The position numbers and the translations under genes were made by a program. A DNA stretch of 64,000 nucleotides from an uncultured Thermoleophilia bacterium (lineage in GTDB: Bacteria > Actinomycetota > Thermoleophilia > UBA2241): contig CAVPCT010000002.1 in assembly GCA_963702475.1 (NCBI GenBank), positions 1-64,000 on the forward strand, in the 5' to 3' direction. Under the pieces are notes generated by a model. It made no database searches. It was not told the origin of the DNA and saw only the letters and a program-made list of their open reading frames with translations. Numbering within the stretch: the first letter of the stretch is position 1; the number at the start of each line of letters is the position of its first letter. Positions 62,516 through 64,000 of this stretch are shown piece by piece.

Positions 62516-63664
62516 GTGACGCCGCCCGGGCCCGTGCTTCTCACGCCGCCTTTCGAGCAGGGGCCGATACGCCCGCCGAGCGAGGCGCAGAGCCTGCTCG
62601 TGCGGGTCATCCGCAGTTGCACCTGGAACCGCTGCACCTTCTGCCCGGTGTACAAGGGGACCAAGTCGTCGTTGCGGCCGGTGGAGGATGTGCTCGCCGA
62701 CGTGGAAGCGATGGCGGCGGCCGCGGACGTGCTGCGGCGCGAGGGCCTCGCGCCACTGCGCGACGAGCGACTGCCCCGCGAGGCGTACCAGGTGGCGCTG
62801 TTCGTGCGCGCGGGGGAGAGGACCGTCTTTCTGCAGGATGCCGACCCGTGCGCGGTGAAGCCGGACAAGCTCGCCGCCGTCATCCGCCGGGTGAAGCAGC
62901 GCTTCCCGGCGGTCGAGCGGGTGACCACGTACGGGCGTGCGGCGACGCTGGCGCGGCGCACGCCCGAACAGCTGGCCTTGCTCGTGGAGGCCGGCCTCAC
63001 GCGCGTGCACCTCGGCCTCGAGTCCGGCGCCGACGAGGTGCTCATGGCGGTCGACAAGGGCTGCACCAGTGGGGACCTGGTCGCGGCCGGCGAGAATGTC
63101 GTGCGCGCCGGCCTCGAGCTGTGCTTCTACCTGATGCCCGGCCTGGGCGGGCGCGCGGCGGCTGCCGCGCACGTCGCCGGCTCCGCCGGCGTGATCAGCG
63201 CGGTGGCCGCAGCCGCGCCCGCGGAGCGCCCGCTCGTGGTGCGTCTGCGCACGGCAGCCGTGGCACCGGGCACCCCGCTCGCCGACCGCGAGGCGGCCGG
63301 CGAGTTCGTGCTGCCCGACGACGTGGAGGTGGCGCAGGAGCTCCACGATCTCCTGGAGCAGCTCGGCGAGGTGCGCGTGGAGCTGCGCTCCGACCACGTC
63401 CTCAACCTGATGCAGGGCCTGGAGGGCTCGCTGCCACGCGACCGGGAGCGGCTGCTGGCCATGCTCGACGAGTACCTGTCGCTGCCGCGTGACGAGCAGG
63501 CCCGGTTCGCCATCGGCGTGCGCCTGGGCCTGTTCCGCACGCTCGCCGACCTGCGCGACCCCGGCCGGTCCGCCGCGCTCGAGCGGCAGTTCGACGGCTA
63601 CGAGCAGCCGTCCGCCGACGAACTGCTCGAGGTGGCCGCCTCGCTGCGTTCGCGGCATATCTGA
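62516..63664 (+). CDS. Radical SAM protein
   Basis: 'GPIRPPSEA.S', 'CTWNRCTFC', 'FLQDAD', 'GLESG', 'PGLGG', 'SDH..N'. Confidence 0.88.
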   Translation: MTPPGPVLLTPPFEQGPIRPPSEAQSLLVRVIRSCTWNRCTFCPVYKGTKSSLRPVEDVLADVEAMAAAADVLRREGLAPLRDERLPREAYQVALFVRAGERTVFLQDADPCAVKPDKLAAVIRRVKQRFPAVERVTTYGRAATLARRTPEQLALLVEAGLTRVHLGLESGADEVLMAVDKGCTSGDLVAAGENVVRAGLELCFYLMPGLGGRAAAAAHVAGSAGVISAVAAAAPAERPLVVRLRTAAVAPGTPLADREAAGEFVLPDDVEVAQELHDLLEQLGEVRVELRSDHVLNLMQGLEGSLPRDRERLLAMLDEYLSLPRDEQARFAIGVRLGLFRTLADLRDPGRSAALERQFDGYEQPSADELLEVAASLRSRHI

Positions 63665-63702
63665 GCACCGCCGGCGCCTTCCAAGGAGGAGCGGCGGGGT
63701 CC

Positions 63703-64000
63703 TCAGCCGCCCTCGCCGCTCAGGTCTCCCGTGAGGTACCGCTGGATGGTCGGCCCCAGCGCCGCCACCAGCTGCTCGCGCGGGGCTGAGGCCAGCGGCT
63801 CGATGCGGGTGATGTAGCGGGCCATCGCGAGGCCGATGAGCTGCGTGCCGACGAGGGTGGCGCGCAGCCGCGCGTCGGGCACGCCGAGCGCTTCGGTGAT
63901 GGGCCCGAAGATGCGCTGGCCGAGGTGCTCCCGCACCAGGTCCGAGGCGACCTCGTTGGTCATCGCCGAGCGCACCATGGCGACGAGCGGCGCGCGCGTC
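63703..64000 (-). CDS. TetR-family regulator, C-terminal part (runs off the right edge)
   Basis: 'LRATLVGTQLIGLAMARY...EPLA......V...GPTIQRYLTG' TetR C-terminal pattern. Confidence 0.75.
   Translation of the reverse strand, partial: TRAPLVAMVRSAMTNEVASDLVREHLGQRIFGPITEALGVPDARLRATLVGTQLIGLAMARYITRIEPLASAPREQLVAALGPTIQRYLTGDLSGEGG

Overview
High-GC bacterial window; an Actinomycetota affiliation (Thermoleophilia-like) is inferred, not proven. It opens with the 3' end of an rRNA operon (23S partial, 5S). Next come an MttB-family methyltransferase, an orphan iscX, putA and an agmatine deiminase-type cluster (aguA, two carbamate kinases, an APC transporter, an atypical transcarbamylase and a TetR). 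A ~27 kb island (19860-46934) follows, with three DeoR regulators. It combines all three corrinoid methylamine-methyltransferase families with two corrinoid proteins, two APH-fold kinases, a PLP aminotransferase, an atypical transaldolase, two transketolases, three APC transporters, two metallophosphoesterases and a nucleotidyltransferase. The standout signal is mtbB (39977-41377). It has a single in-frame TAG (41033-41035) at the known pyrrolysine position, so the ORF track splits it, whereas the neighbouring MtmB- and MttB-family genes have no amber codon. The island's promoters share a GTGT(G/T)CGA motif. The window ends with cydAB, a Cys-rich protein, tmRNA, a two-component/ABC envelope module, a P-type ATPase and a radical SAM protein. 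I saw no pylTSBCD, CRISPR or mobile element.
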